Part shown: positions 24,839 to 38,148 of the stretch, piece after piece
Layout: every line of letters begins with the position of its first letter
Numbering within the stretch: the stretch's first letter is position 1
From: Gekko japonicus
Taxonomy: Eukaryota
Assembly: GCF_001447785.1 (NCBI RefSeq)
Contig: NW_015167598.1
Span: forward strand, 1-64,000
Direction of reading: 5' to 3'
DNA: 64,000 nt
The notes under the pieces: model-generated
What the model was told of the DNA's origin: nothing
Databases searched by the model: none
What the model saw: the letters and a program-made list of their open reading frames with translations, nothing else
Program-made: the position numbers and the translations under genes

Positions 24839-27800
24839 ACGGTTTTACTTGTCATGCTACAACTATAGGGGGAAAACCTGAAGCTATCATTCAAGTGATT
24901 CTGTCTTAGTTGATGCATCGGGCCACAAGGTGGAGCTTTGCTCTAAAATTTCATACTGGAGAAGCAGGCATGGAATAAATTCAAGCTAGAATTTGGCAGC
25001 ATTACTGACATTAGTGAGATTTGTTTGCATTGCCTTTTATGTGTTAAAGTATTATGTATTATTAAAGTGTAGTGGGTTAGACGCATGTAGAAACCACTGA
25101 GACGGATGTAATGATCTGCATGGTTTACTGGTACACAACAAAGACAAAGACTAACGGCCGGCTGGCCAACTATATACACACCTGGGGACACACTGCTAGG
25201 TCCTATTGGTCCCCAAGTGGAGACACTAGGAGCCTAGTCCCCATTGTTCTTACAGAGTCAAGCTCTGGGGTATTCGCTGGCCCCTGGTGGCGGTCAGTGG
25301 ACATAACAGCATGGGAGGTGTGACATCTCACACCTGCTTCCTCCATGTGACAGTGAATTACAGAGGGCTGCATAGCTCATGGCTCTGCAGAGGGAACTCC
25401 AGGGACAGCCATCAGATGGGTCGCCGCATGAATCCTCCTGGTTACACAGCCGGTTTAGTGATGGTGATCTCTGCCATCGATGTGGGAACCAGTACTGTAT
25501 TTGAAGGATTCACAGAAGCAAGCCGCTCTAGGTTTGGCCTCCGTTCACATTGCCGCAGACAAAGTGGAATTTGCTTGTGGCAGTAACGGAGGTGGTTGAC
25601 TGCCAGGTTCTCACACTCTCTTCCAACTCCTCTGAAGGCAGACATTTTCAGCTCATGCCAGTTAATCCCGGTGTCTAAATGCCTTCTTGTGCAGTAACCA
25701 AGATCCTTGTGTGTGTGTGAAGTGCTGTCAAGTTGCAGCTGACTTACGGCAGCACTAGAAATTTTTTTTCAAGGCAAGTGATCAAGTTGACGTGGTTGGC
25801 CGTTGCCTTCCTCTGCAGAATCTTCCTTGGCGGTCTCCCTTCCAAGTACCCACCCTGCTTAGCTTCCGAGATCTGATGTGATCAGGCTATAGCATGCCAC
25901 CTTCCGTCCCGCCAAGATTCTTAACTAATCTCAGTTTAAAGTGCTGGCTACTGAGAAAGAAATGAACCTCAGCTGGGCAGGTACACTCACAAGTCACGAG
26001 TGAATTGGGGACTTCGGTCTGAGCATGCTACGCAAAGGTAACTCAGCAATTGCCCAGGTTTGGGCCCATCACAAACAAAGGTCATATCCAAACAGCGTTG
26101 GATTCCTTGTCTGCACATAAAATCCAGTTGAGAATGATTGCTATTTAAATGACATCATGATACCCAGCAATGTGTGGATCCAGCTCTACTCCCTCTGGTT
26201 TGTTTATGACATTACAGCATCCGTGGGTCTGACCCATAAAGGCCAATGCCATTTTAGAGAAGAATCCAGCCATTAAAAAAAGGTGCAAAGGACCGATCTT
26301 GACTGAGGCTGTGGCAGAAGCAGGTGATCTGGTTTCTCCCACGAGCCTTTTCAAGTGCTGAAACACCCCCTTGAAAATGCATGGGTGGGGCCAAGATTGG
26401 CTGGTCCTACTGAGCCTTGGGCAGGCCCTCACGGCTTTTTTAAATGGCTCAGTTTAAATGGCCAGCACGGTGTAGTGGCAACGAGGGGCAGGCTCTAATC
26501 TGGGAGACCTGGCTTTGATTCCCCACTCTTCCACATGCAGCTGCTGGTGTAACTTTGGGTCAGTCACAAGTTCTCTCAGAGCTGTTCTCTCACAAGCAGT
26601 TCTCTCAGAGCTCTCTCAGCCCCATCCACCTCACAGGCAGTGTTCCCTCTAAGCTGAGTTAATGTGAGCTAGCTCACAGTTTTTTAGCCTCTGGCTCACA
26701 CATTTTTTTGTCTTAGCTCAGGAAGGATGGCTCCAGAGCAAACTAATTTATGCAGCAGCCACCGGCCTCACAAGGTGCCTGTTGTGGGGAGGGGAAGGGA
26801 ATGTGATTGTATGCCATTTTGAGACTCCTTAGGGTAGAGAAAGGCGGGATATAAAACCCTTTTCTTCTTCTTCTCTAAAATAGCATCAACATCCACAGGC
26901 CTGTCCATTTGCGGATGCTGTGATGTCTAGTTTGGCCCTATGAATCGAGCCTTCCTTGCAAGGGCAAAGGAGCACCAAAGCAGCTTTTACATGAAAATTA
27001 TAATCATACTACCTCAAAAAAGAAATTAACTCTGGTGACCAAAAAGAGGACTTCAGAGTAAAGTAACAGATGCTTTATATCATGTTATTGAACCAACTAA
27101 AGTACAGCCAGTGCTATTAATAACCCAGGTTACCTGAGATGAGATGTTAGTACAGTGGCATTAACAAGATGCTGTTCAAGGAGCTAAGCTCCGCCTGTGG
27201 CCCCAGAAAAACCTCGCACTACAGTGAGTTGCATTTCTACTTAAATTATAGTAATTATGTGTAATTTTTGCAGGTATTACAGCATTTATGCTCTGCCTTC
27301 CTCAGGGAGACTCAAGATGAATTGCAAAAGGAAAAAAAGAATTAAAACCAGTAAATAACAATAAAACTAATTTAGAACCAAAAAGTAACAATAAAATTAT
27401 TCAAAACAAACGAGTAACAATAAAAACACCTATAAAACAATACTGGAAACAGTAAGTCAATGTACAAAAAGAGCTTCCTAAAAGTACTGTCTCACACAAG
27501 ACATATTAGTATATGTGAATTTTGAGCAAATTTTGTCCTCTTGTGTCCTTTTTGGGTCATCCATAGAGGGCCGGCCAAAATGCAAGAGAGTCTGAAAAGA
27601 AGCACATTTATTTATTTATTTTATCACACTTATATCCTGCCCTCCCCGCAAGCAGGCTCAGGGTGGCTAACAGTATTTGGGACAGTTTTATTTATTTATT
27701 TATCTATCTATCTATTTATTTAGGGTTAGGGTTAGGCATTTTTACCCTGCCCTCCCCGCAAACGGGCACCAATGCACCAATCATAACACAGTTAAAACAG

Positions 27801-28018
27801 TTAAAACAGTTAAATAACTTACAATGAAATAATGTACAGTTAAAATGCTCACAATTTTGAATGACAGTGGCGTACCATATAATACCGCACCCAAGGTTCT
27901 CAGTCTCTGGGCTCCCGATGGCACCCTATAATGTCGATTGGGCTGGCCTTGCACCGCAGATGTTAATTGCGGGCATTGGTGGTAGTGGTGGCGGCTCCTA
28001 ATTGAAAGCCTGGTGGAA
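24371..28018 (+). repeat. Segmental duplication copy B
   Basis: Matches copy A except that it lacks the Sauria SINE; its left end overlaps the last array unit. Confidence 0.97.
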
Positions 28019-28050
28019 GAGCTCTGTCTTGCAGGCCCTGCGGAACTGTA
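27705..28050 (-). mobile_element. L2 LINE 3' end (truncated counterpart at ~21330-22000)
   Basis: Minus strand encodes QFRRACKTELFHQAF (L2 ORF2 terminus), then a 3'UTR and (TAAA)n tail. Confidence 0.75.
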
Positions 28051-28164
28051 CAAGATATGAATTTGACCTTAGAAATTATTGTTTTGGTCACTGGATGAAC
28101 TCCTTTTTAAAAAAAGGTCTCTGTCACCACGATTACACCATGATACTCTGTCTTGTACCCCTTT

Positions 28165-28345
28165 CCCTGACCTGGACGGCCCAGGCTAGTCCAGAATCAG
28201 AAGCTGAGCAGGGTCGGCCCTGGTTAGTACTTGGATGGGAGACCACAATGGACGTGGAGGGTCACTATACAGAGGCACCTCTGAAGTCTCTTGCCTCAAA
28301 AACCCCATGGTTTGACTCCAACCTGATGGCACTTTCCACCACCAA
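28165..28345 (+). mobile_element. 5S-derived SINE
   Basis: gaagctgagcagggtcggccctggttagtacttggatgggagacc matches the 5S internal control region. Confidence 0.8.
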
Positions 28346-28449
28346 TGAACAGACACACACACAGAGAGAGACACCCAGTTAAGGGCACAGAAAGAGAGCC
28401 TATTTATCTGGATAACTGTTTAAAAACTGTGAAAAGCAAGCAAATACCC

Positions 28450-28830
28450 TGTACAGGAGAAGTTCCTGCTAGATTAAATTATGTGAGTCCTTTCTGGGCT
28501 TGTTTGGCTGAACAAAGACATCTTTCAACTCCTTTCCATTAAGTGAGAGTCTCGCTTTAGCAGAAGAAGCTGTGCTCTGTGGGAAGAAGACCTGATAAAC
28601 TCAGCGGTAAGCATCCGACCCATGAGCTTCTTCTCTAGAAAATCATGTCGCATAAAGACCCTAAAGTCAATCATTCTGCAATCCAGGTCTATGGCCAAGT
28701 CCTTTCTTCTCACATCTGCCAATAGATGGTCGTTGCATCCAAATATTCCAGCAGCACGCCAGGAAAAACCTAAGCACTCTTCTGCATGCAATAGAGTCTG
28801 GCCGTACAAGAAATCATACTGAGGACACTT
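28450..28830 (-). pseudogene. Possible highly decayed L1 ORF1 remnant
   Basis: Weak resemblance of IDFRVF..HDFLEKKL..MLTAEF..LNGKE to reptile L1 ORF1 (IDRAFRV..KKLPRD..F..INGKE); judged by eye only. Confidence 0.3.
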
Positions 28831-29654
28831 CCTTCCTTTTCAGGGTTTCACTGGCCAGTAGTGATATAGTGCCAAAGAGGAGAAAATTGTAGAGTGTGCC
28901 GGTACAAGTTGTTAAGCCAAACACTGTCCTCTGTGGTGTGTATGGTGGCCCACTGGGACCTGACGAGCATTCGGTTTTTTGCTCTTTGGTTGGGAAGGCA
29001 GAAGGGGACATCTGGCAGGCTGCAAGATACTGCTGGGGGGCTCCACAAGTGTTTGGTGGTGGGATTACAAGTGGCCCAGGCCTGCTGGAACATAGGGGGG
29101 ACTCTGTGTACTGAAGGGGCACCCAGACAGAATGACCTTCAATACCTGTTCACAAAGCAAGGGAATGTTCTGTATTAGAGCGAAACATCTTCCAATCACC
29201 CTTACAAACTGGCTAGGGAAGGAGTCCACGGATTTGGCTGTATGACTGATCTGGTAGTGAGGGCTTTGTATGGATTTGGGTTTGCTTTTCTGCCCGGGGC
29301 CCTTTGACCTTTTAATCCCCTTTGAAATAAGCGTCTCCTCCCCCATTTCTGTTTGTTTGTTTTTCTGCCTCAGTGGATTTTAAGGAATTGGCCGGCAAGT
29401 TTTTAAAATTCCCCCTAGGTGTTTGAAGCCCTTATTTGATCTCCCGTGCTTGTTCCAAATACCTGCAGGTATGTCGATGCAGGGAGGCTGATCAAATTAA
29501 CCCAAGAAGTTAACTACAAGTATTTACAAAGCAGGCATGTAGCTTAAATTGGGTATGTGGTGAGTAAAGGGTTAGCAGGGGGGCCTCTTTGAAGCCTCTC
29601 TGATCCTTTAACCCCAAAGAGACCCTTGCTGACCAACAGAGGCAGTCTACCGTG

Positions 29655-30170
29655 GAAAGTGCCATCAGGTCACAGCCAACTTACAGCAACCCTGTATGGT
29701 TTTTGAGGCAAGAGAGGAAAAGAGGTGGCTTCTCATCGCTTGCCTCTGTGTAGCAACTTTGGGCTTCCACGGCAGTTTCCCATCCAAGTACTAACTTGGG
29801 CTGCCAAGTGGGGGGGGAATGGGGGGCGGGGAAACCCCCGCTTTGGAGGCCCGATTTCCGCCGCGGTGGAATCGGGCCCGAGGGGAACTCCGCCCCCCAA
29901 AGCTGCATCACCAGAGGTGACGCAGCCACGTCGCTCACGTTGGGGGCATGGCCCAGATCGTTGGGGGGGAACATATGGTTCCCCCCCCCCCGACGATCTG
30001 GGCTACTTCCCCAACGTGAGCGACGTCGTACGTTTGCCCCCAACGTGAGCCAACTGAGCTTCCCCCACCGGTGAGTTTGTGGGACTTGGCAACCCTAGTA
30101 CTAACCGGGCCCGGGCCTGCTTAACCTCCAAGATTTGACGAGATAGCACCCGACTGAGCCAGCCAGGTCA
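29655..30170 (-). mobile_element. 5S-derived SINE interrupted by a hAT MITE
   Basis: ccatccaagtactaac | ..ggcctgcttaacctccaagatttgacgagat is antisense 5S. Confidence 0.7.
29796..30097. mobile_element. TAGGGTTGCC-family hAT MITE
   Basis: TIR ttgggctgccaag/cttggcaacccta and 8-bp TSD gtactaac. Confidence 0.85.
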
Positions 30171-30257
30171 GAGTAGCTCATCGAGGTGGCAGATTTCAAG
30201 TAGCAGTTGCCATATTAGAAGCTGGGGCTAGCCTTCAGAGGTTCCATAGGTGTGCTT

Positions 30258-30476
30258 TAGGGTTGCCAGCCTCCAGGTGGGGCCTGGGGATCTCCCGCTT
30301 TTACAACTGATCTCCAGCTGACAGAGATCAGCTCCCCTGGAGAAAATGGCTGCTTTGAAGGGTGGACTCTACGGCATCGTACCATGCCGAGGCCCCTCCC
30401 CTCCCCAAACCCCGCCCTCTCCTGGAACCACCCCCAAAGTCTTCAGGTATTTTCCAGCCCAGAGCTGGCAACCCTA
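30258..30476 (+). mobile_element. TAGGGTTGCC-family hAT MITE
   Basis: tagggttgccagc...gctggcaacccta termini. Confidence 0.8.
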
Positions 30477-30477
30477 T

Positions 30478-30864
30478 TGTAGTGAATTCAAAGCTGCCTT
30501 GAATGCATGATATGTTGTGAAACATCTAATTGAAGTGTAATGTAAAGCTTCGTCCTGGGCTAGGATCCAAATCCATCCAATCGTGTTACTAGCCCAGGAA
30601 GCACCTAACCAATCACCTTCTAGCAAGCTCCCTGAGCGGGAACGTCCGTGATTGGTCGTTATGTGAACAACCTTATTGGTTGGTATTCGTACAGTGGGTG
30701 TGGCTACATTAGCCGGGAATGTTTAAAAGCAGGAGAGCTGCAATGTAAAGGCTGTTCTGGCTATCAGATGTTGATCCGTGTTGGAGTTGTGTTCGAGTTG
30801 AAGAATAAAGTTGTGTTCTTGCTGAATCACTCTCCAACTCCTTTGTTAAGCGAGCGACTTAACA
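30478..30864 (+). mobile_element. Solo LTR
   Basis: TGT...ACA ends, several CCAAT/ATTGG boxes, TTTAAAA, AATAAA at ~30804, TSD cctat/cctag. Confidence 0.78.
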
Positions 30865-30984
30865 CCTAGTGTGCTTATAACACCAGCTTATAGTCGGCAG
30901 TGATAATATTTATTGTAGTGCCATGAAAATCTGCACGTGCCCATTTCTGTCACCGAAGCTGCAGTTAAAAGGTTAAGAGCAGGC

Positions 30985-31529
30985 TAGGCCATTCTGGGGA
31001 GGTCAGTCGGCAACCCTGCCAGAAACAGAACAATCTACGTTCATGTGTTGCTTCCAGAATGATCTGCTTCATACCTGGACTGAGAAGACTCACTAGTACT
31101 TTCTGTGCTGTCCATGGGATGTTTAAGAGCACACAAACGTGGGTGTCAGAGTGAGCCAGGCAGCTCCCAAAGAAGACATGGCAATTGGTCAGGGCTTTAG
31201 AAAAGAATTTTAAAATATTTTGTATTTTTCAAATATCTATCCCTGAAACTGTGTGTGTGTATGGAAAGTGCTGTCAAGTCGAAGCCAACTTAAGGCGGAT
31301 CCCATACGGTTTCCCTATAGCCAGGCCATTGTCTGCCAGTCGGCAACCCTGCCAGAAACAGAACAATTTAAGTTCATGTGTTGCTTCCAGAATTATCTGC
31401 TTCACACCTGGCCTGAGAAGACTCACTAGGACTTTCTCTCTGAGACACTGTGCTGTCCATGGGATGTTTAAGAGCACACAAACGTGGGTGTCAGAGTGAG
31501 CCAGGCAGCTCCCAAAGAAGACATGGCAA
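30985..31529 (+). repeat. Local ~200-bp direct duplication with spacer
   Basis: 30985-31184 matches 31322-31529. Confidence 0.9.
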
Positions 31530-31687
31530 CATTTGTTACACATCACATCTTTCTAGAGCTCGTTGTATTGCTTTCACAACAAGCTTTACTGCTAGTACAT
31601 TTATATAGACCTAAATAGGCTTCCTAAGGAAAAACCCCAAATAAAACAGAACTATTATCACACTGATAGCTATGATTACTCTCTTCA

Positions 31688-31893
31688 GAGCCAGTTTAGT
31701 GTAGTGGTTAAGTCCGCGGACTCTAATCTGGGAGAACTGGGTTCGATTCCCCACTCCTCCACTTGCACCTGGCTGGATGACCTTGGGCAAGCCGCAATTC
31801 TGATAAGAGCTGTTCTTGAAAAAGAGCAGTTCCTGTCAGAGCTCTCTCAGCCCCACCTACCTCACAGGGTGTCTGTTGTGGGGAGGGGAAGGG
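31688..31893 (+). mobile_element. Squam3-like SINE running into the gap
   Basis: Consensus match. Confidence 0.85.
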
Positions 31894-31953
31894 NNNNNNN
31901 NNNNNNNNNNNNNNNNNNNNNNNNNNNNNNNNNNNNNNNNNNNNNNNNNNNNN
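31894..31953. other. Assembly gap
   Basis: Run of N. Confidence 1.
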
Positions 31954-33012
31954 CTAGACAATCCTCTTCTTCTTCATGTCCTCTTGAATGGATCTTCATC
32001 TTTGGCAGCATTCCTCAATTTGTCTTGCAAGTTCCGAAATGTAGGCTGCTGGGGCTGATTCCTTGCCAAGATTTTCATGGAAACCTGGTACGCTCCCAGT
32101 TCATTTCTCTACTAACTCACAAACTCCAGAGTTACATTTGATCAAACATGCAGCAGCAAGGTAAGCATCATGCACAGGAGTAACACAAAGTACCCAAAGG
32201 TAGCAAAGATTGGGACAATTCCTTGCTTGCAATATAGGAGTTTGCCCAAGTCAACATTATGTAGAAAGTTTCTGCCATTATCTTTAGATAACTAATTTCT
32301 AAATTATGTCATTAAAAAAAAGACAAACCCCAATAATGCCATACTATCATTTGGTTTTACAGTTCACAAGAGGGGGAGCAACCCCCCATCTCTTCCAAAT
32401 TTGACTGTCAGCTTGAAATCAAATGATTGTCCCCGGCTGGGGCACCTTCTGAAGCTGGTATTCGGGGAGGTTCTTTCTTCCTTTTTTCTCCCAAATGTTC
32501 ACAAGCACCCTGCAGCTCAGTGAATTTAGAGGGGACGTCTGGTCTCAGAGCAGCTGTTATTTTGATTGTGAGTGCAGCAGAGGCTCTTATTAAAAAGAAT
32601 AAATTTCCATAAGAGCTGCTACTGCAGCATCTTCTTTGCTGGAGAAGAGGTTGTGTTAGGTCAAGGACAGCCACATCTGGGCAGCCTAGAGAACTTGGGG
32701 TTTCGGGACAAGCCGGACAAAATAAGTGTTTCCTTAGAGCGTGGTGCTATCTGCCTACCTGTGTGAATTCCCCCCTCTCTCTTTTGCTGATACTTGGGAT
32801 GTGCACATTGAATCAGGAGTAGCAGAGCACAAAGGAACCACAGATGTAGTAGGCGTTTGTGCCCCCATATTCCCTGATTAGGTTAGGTCATTTCTTTCCC
32901 AGTTGAGCAGTGTTTTATTGGCATGACAACAAGCGAAGGGCTTGGATAAATACAAAGGGAAAGTCAATCCACCAGGCAGAGAACCGGGTATGCAGGGCTT
33001 ATATTGTACAGG

Positions 33013-33278
33013 CAGGCTTCCCAAGTACTTACCGTGATTCGGTGGGGGACACAGACGTCTTCGCAGGATCATTCCCGCGGGGACAACAGACGTGCCGCAC
33101 CATGCCGTCGCCAGGAAACTCGATGGAAACTCGATGGTACCATTGCGTTTTCAGCCCCATCGCCAGAGCATCACCCAGTGTCACTTCCTGGCAATGGCAT
33201 GGTGTGTTACAGGGAGGAATGGTCCGGCCGGGGAGCATGTTTCCCCCGCCAGATCGCAGTAAGTACTTGGGAACCCTA
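33013..33278. mobile_element. hAT MITE
   Basis: TIR caggcttcccaagtacttac/gtaagtacttgggaacccta and 8-bp TSD tgtacagg. Confidence 0.88.
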
Positions 33279-34789
33279 TGTACAGGTACCACTGTAGTTT
33301 CTGAAATGCTCTTGGAAACAAATGTGTACAGGTAGTACATCTCAAGTTGGGAGCAGAACTTGGCCACTAGCCCCACGTTCACCTGTACCTAGGCACTGTG
33401 CTCACATGAAATTGAACATCCATAGGTGAACGCAGGGGTTGAGGGCACAATCTGAACTCTTGTGTGGTACCAATACATACATGTGTTGAATGAGCAGGGG
33501 TATTGTCCAGCATAGTATAGTAGGGTCAGGCTAGGATCTGGCAGATTTTGGTTCAAATCCCTGTCCTACCATGAAACTCACTGGATGACTTTGAGTGAAC
33601 CATTCTCACCTTAACTTCTTCCCAGGGTTGTTGTGAACATAAATCAGAGATGGGGAAACCATATATACTGCCATGAGCTCCTAACAGAGAAGTAGATGAG
33701 CAAAAAAGTCCATTCTGAACATTCCATGTCCCTATAGCCAGGCCAAGAAACAAAACCAGGCTGGGGGCTTAGTACATGGGAGATAAGACTGCCACCAGGT
33801 TTCAGCCTAAGGGTCCTTGAGTCCTTAGTATATATGACAAAAGAATATCAATGATCCTCAGTTGGGGGGCCTAATTGTTAGAAGATGGTCCATTAATGTG
33901 TTCATTTCAAATATTTATATTTTGCTTTTCTCTCAACTAACAGAACTCAAAGCAGCTTAAATCTGATTTCACAAAAATGTAATTGAAATATAATAAGGCA
34001 ACGGTAAGCCATTTACCTCAGCTCACAAACCACCAAAACACACTGGAAAGCTTCATTTTTCAAAGCCTCTGCGATCTCCACAAGGTTGGGGCTTTCCTCA
34101 CATCCTCAGGAAACCCAGTCCATAAGACAAGAGGAGACACCAAGGAAGCTCAACTTGAGCAGCAACAGTTCTCACTTACCTCAGTGGAGGCACCGATAAT
34201 AATCCCTAGTCCGACAATTTAGAGCTGCCCTGACTGAGGGCACATAGAATTGGAGGTGATCCCACAGATATGAGTGCCCCAGCTCAGGTTTTAAAGGGTA
34301 ACATCAACACTTTATTGGTTTATTTATACCCTGCCTACTGAGGACCCAAAGCAGCTTCCGTCATTCTCTTCTCCTCCATTTTATCCTCACAACAAAAACT
34401 GTGAGGTAGGTTAGGCTGAAAGGGCATGACTGGCCCAAGATCTTTTGAGCTGAACAAATAAACACACTAGAGCTTGGAGAAGGTGTCCCCATTGTTGCCC
34501 TGCAAGGCCCTTATAGTGCTCTTATGGACATAATTCATTAGTGATAAAAATTGGACTGTGCAAGTAGTGTGCAAAAGGGACTGAACTGTGTGGTGACCCA
34601 AAAATGGTGCCAACTACAGAAACACAACCAGAAGACAGAAGCCTTCCTTTGAGATGATGTGCCTTAATACCCCATAGTCTCCCTCTTTTCCAAGGATCGC
34701 TTCATCCCACCGAGGACAGGTAGAGTATTACCCCTCAACGTAACATCCTGCTAATGCGATGGTGGCTATCCCCTTCTATCTAATTTTTC

Positions 34790-36094
34790 TAGATCTGTGT
34801 AATTGTGAGTGTGTTTGAATTACTTGTATGTAAGCCTTGTAACAATGTTTGTTAAAAAGTGTGTGATGTGCTTTCCTCTGCATAGTGGGCCTAGCCTAGA
34901 AAAGACATTGCCCTCCAGAGGGAGGTGCTTCATACAGAGAGGTGGGAGGAGCGGTTGCCTGGCAACAGGGCAAGAGACGGAGGGGAGAATTGAAGATGAG
35001 GGAGAAGCAGCCAGAGGAAGAAGCTGAGGCGGGGTTTTTCTCTCCTGATGGTGTGAAGAATTTCTGAAGAACGAGGGAGAAGCAGCCAGAAGAAGAAGCT
35101 GAGGCGTTTTTTCCTCCTGATGGTGTGAAGAATTTCTGAAGAAGAAGTTCCTGGGGAAAACAGGCTGTGGAGATGGAGAAAGACAGTTAGCAGAGGAGTA
35201 GCCGTCTTCTGGAGTGAGCCATCGATCCTGAGATAATGTGGCTTCTTGGTCACTGTGAGGAAAAATGACTAGGGCTGCGGTCACACGGAGCATTAGGCAC
35301 GCTAGAGAGACGGAAGATAGGCAGATTTTCCTGGTGCGATCTCACCGCCACATCTGGGAAGCGTAGAGCTCCCGTGGCGAACCCGAGGCTTCACTCCGAA
35401 GATGCGCGGTAAAAAACTAGTACCTCCGAGGTACTAGTTTCTGGAAACCACGAGGCAAGAGCAGGCGTCTGATCGCATTTCCGGGGTAGTTTCGGCACCC
35501 GCCCATGTCCCCTCGCAAAAAGGTGGTTTTTTTCCCCCAAGTCTCCACCCAACGGAGCTTGCACACACTTTAGTTTTTTAAAAAACAACACAACCCTATT
35601 TGCCCCGCTTCTTTGCAGCGCCGCAGGAGTGTCCTGTGACCGGCACCTCCCCCCTAACCACGGGACCTCCACGGGACGTCTGCGCAACCGCGCGTTATTT
35701 TGCCCCAGGGCAAACAGCCACACTTCCCGCCCGCATTTTCCGGCCCGTATGGCCGGGGCCTAGAAGACTTTCTTCTCTTTTTGCCCTAAATTTGGGACTG
35801 CCATCATAACTTTTATTCATTCTGTTTGTTAAACCTCCCTGTCTGACCTTGTTGTTTCCCCTTATCTTTCAATAAATATATTTATTGTTTAGATGTGTTC
35901 AGGTTTTGAATGGGGCAGCCACAATCCTGGGATCATTAACCTGGCCCTTTTAAGGCAAAAAGGGGTACATATATATCTATAAATTAACAAATATAACAGA
36001 GGGAACCAACCTGGGTGAGCACTGTCCCAGGACCCTCTCATTTGTAACCATGTGTGTTGGGGATTTTGTAAAAATAAGATATGAATTGGGGACA
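34790..36094 (+). mobile_element. Probable long LTR with internal ~65-bp direct repeats, split by a MITE
   Basis: Purine-rich repeats at 34998-35140, AATAAA at ~35872, ends in ACA; boundaries uncertain. Confidence 0.4.
35273..35760. mobile_element. PIF/Harbinger-like MITE
   Basis: TIR ggctgcggtcacacgg/ccgtatggccggggcc and 3-bp TSD TAG; paralog at 40147. Confidence 0.8.
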
Positions 36095-36996
36095 TGAAGC
36101 AGGTTTAATTTCCATCATAGTGGTGGTTCCTGAGCACCCTCTTAACTATTCACTCCTGTGGAAGAAAAATCAAATGCTGCACCTGAGGCCGATGTGGTGG
36201 TAAGGCCTCCTACACCCTCAGTAGACAGAGTACCACATCCTCGGCTGATAGGGAACAGCAGGGCATGTGTATACAATACGTGGCAGGGTACAGGGTAGTT
36301 CATATAATATACATTCCTTCTTGCAATAGACAGGCTGACTGTCATCATGATGGACATTTTGCTAACAGAGCAATCATTTCGATACATGGTACACAGATAG
36401 CTAAGGCCCAAATGACATTAGTGCAGTTGACAGCAGGGCTAAAATGAACAGGAATTTGACAGATATGGACAGTGCAGTTTTGAGGACAGGAAAAAATGCA
36501 GCGCTTAAGGGAAACTGTGGAAAATCCCAAAAGCAAATTGCAAAGTGTGCAACATAACCATTTTTCTAGATATAAAATCACTGCCAAGGCACTTTGTCCC
36601 ATGGAGCTGTTCTGTGGACAGCTATGACATAGTAGAAGCACACTAGTCCTTCAGACTGAACCAGGGAAACGCAGTGTGGGTTTTCTTTTTACTGCCCCCA
36701 CTCATCTTTTCTGGTTCAGAAAGAAGACTGTAGCACTGTCACAGCCACCTCCTGTGCTTTTATAGGAATGTACAAGATTCTGAGCTGCACAGAACATTTC
36801 CATTGGCTTGTGAGGCCTTGCTTCCCTCCCCACGGTTGTTTGCTTTCTGTCAAGACATAATGCTGAATTCCAGTCTGTATCAAGGGCATACGGAGCTGTG
36901 GAAGAGGGATCTGAATATAAAGCTTCAATTCTCCAGCTGCCAGCTCTTAAGCGTCTTCCACACAGAGATCTATCGCTCCTCATGGCAGAGGGGAGC

Positions 36997-37270
36997 TGAA
37001 AAGTACTGGGTTCGACGCATGGAGAACTCGTACCTCGACATGCGTTCAGACGCGTTTATTGTACTTCACAAGGCACACAAAATGGCCCTGCAATGCCAAC
37101 TATATACACTCCACCTGGCACACCTCTGTCCCCATTGGAGGGTTTGAATTTCCCACCAAGGGTGTTATTGGTGGACTCGAGGTAGACTAGGATCCTAGGT
37201 CCCCATTGTGTTTGGGGACCAAGCTCCTGCTTTAGCCGCAGACCCCTGGTGGCAGTCCACATACATAACA
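36997..37270 (-). mobile_element. Solo LTR
   Basis: TG...CA ends, perfect TSD ggagc, TATATA and AATAAA on the minus strand. Confidence 0.88.
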
Positions 37271-37877
37271 GGAGCAGTGAGGAAGACCCTTCTGGCTTGC
37301 TGGCTTCAAGGCTCAAATGCGAACAAGAACGAACTGGGCAGGATTCGATGGCAAAGCCAGTGGTTGGACCTGGAGATGAGGTCTCTCCACACAAAGAAGG
37401 CAGGCCATGGAGAGCTTAGCAAGAAGAATAAAGCACAAACTCATCAACATGAGATGTTGAACCAGCAAACTCAACAAGGAGGGTTATCTATTGAAACAGA
37501 GAGCCCCATCCTTTCCTTTGGTCAGGACCAGATCCTCACCCTGCAAAGATCTAGAGTTTGGTCCCGGATCTTGCTGGGAACTAAGGAGTTTTCCCTGAGA
37601 GAGGCTGGAAGGCAGAGGTGTGAGGGTATGCTGGAGCTGCCAATCATGCACCCCAAGTCTTGGGGAGCTTAGCGAGCAGTGGTGGGACCATCAGGCTACC
37701 AGCAGGTCTCCCACCAAAGCCAGAAACCTGACTGGCCTGTCTCCTACCAGTAGAAGAGCCACAGGTCGGAGGAAGATACTCCTTAGGCTGGAAGAAGGCT
37801 TCAAGCTTTACTGAGCATAGTGGTAGGCCAGAGGCCAGCATACCAGATTCTGCAGAAATAATGCTACGTAATTAGAA

Positions 37878-38148
37878 AAAGAAGATACTGGATTTATACC
37901 CCGCCCTTCACTACCCAAGGGATTCTCAGAGCGGCTTACAAACTCCTTTCCCTTCCCCTACCCACAACAGAAACCCTGTGAGGTAGGTGGGGCTGAGAGA
38001 GCTCTGACAGAAACTGCTCTTTTTCAAGAACAGCTGTGCCAGAACTATGGCTTGCCCAAGGTCATCCAGCAGGTGCAAGTGGAGGAGTGGGGAATCAAAT
38101 CCGGTTCTCCCAGATTAGAGTCCGCGCAATTAACCACTACACCAAACT
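37878..38148 (-). mobile_element. Squam3-like SINE
   Basis: Reverse-complement consensus match. Confidence 0.85.

Noticed and set aside
22060-24909. Repeated 111-aa and 72-aa ORFs as a tandem gene family
   Set aside because: They are translations of the satellite unit and its SINE fragment, with non-ATG or weak starts, no recognisable domain and no splice structure.
28165-28260. 5S rRNA gene
   Set aside because: Only a partial, diverged 5S segment fused to a SINE body, and repeated in dispersed copies.
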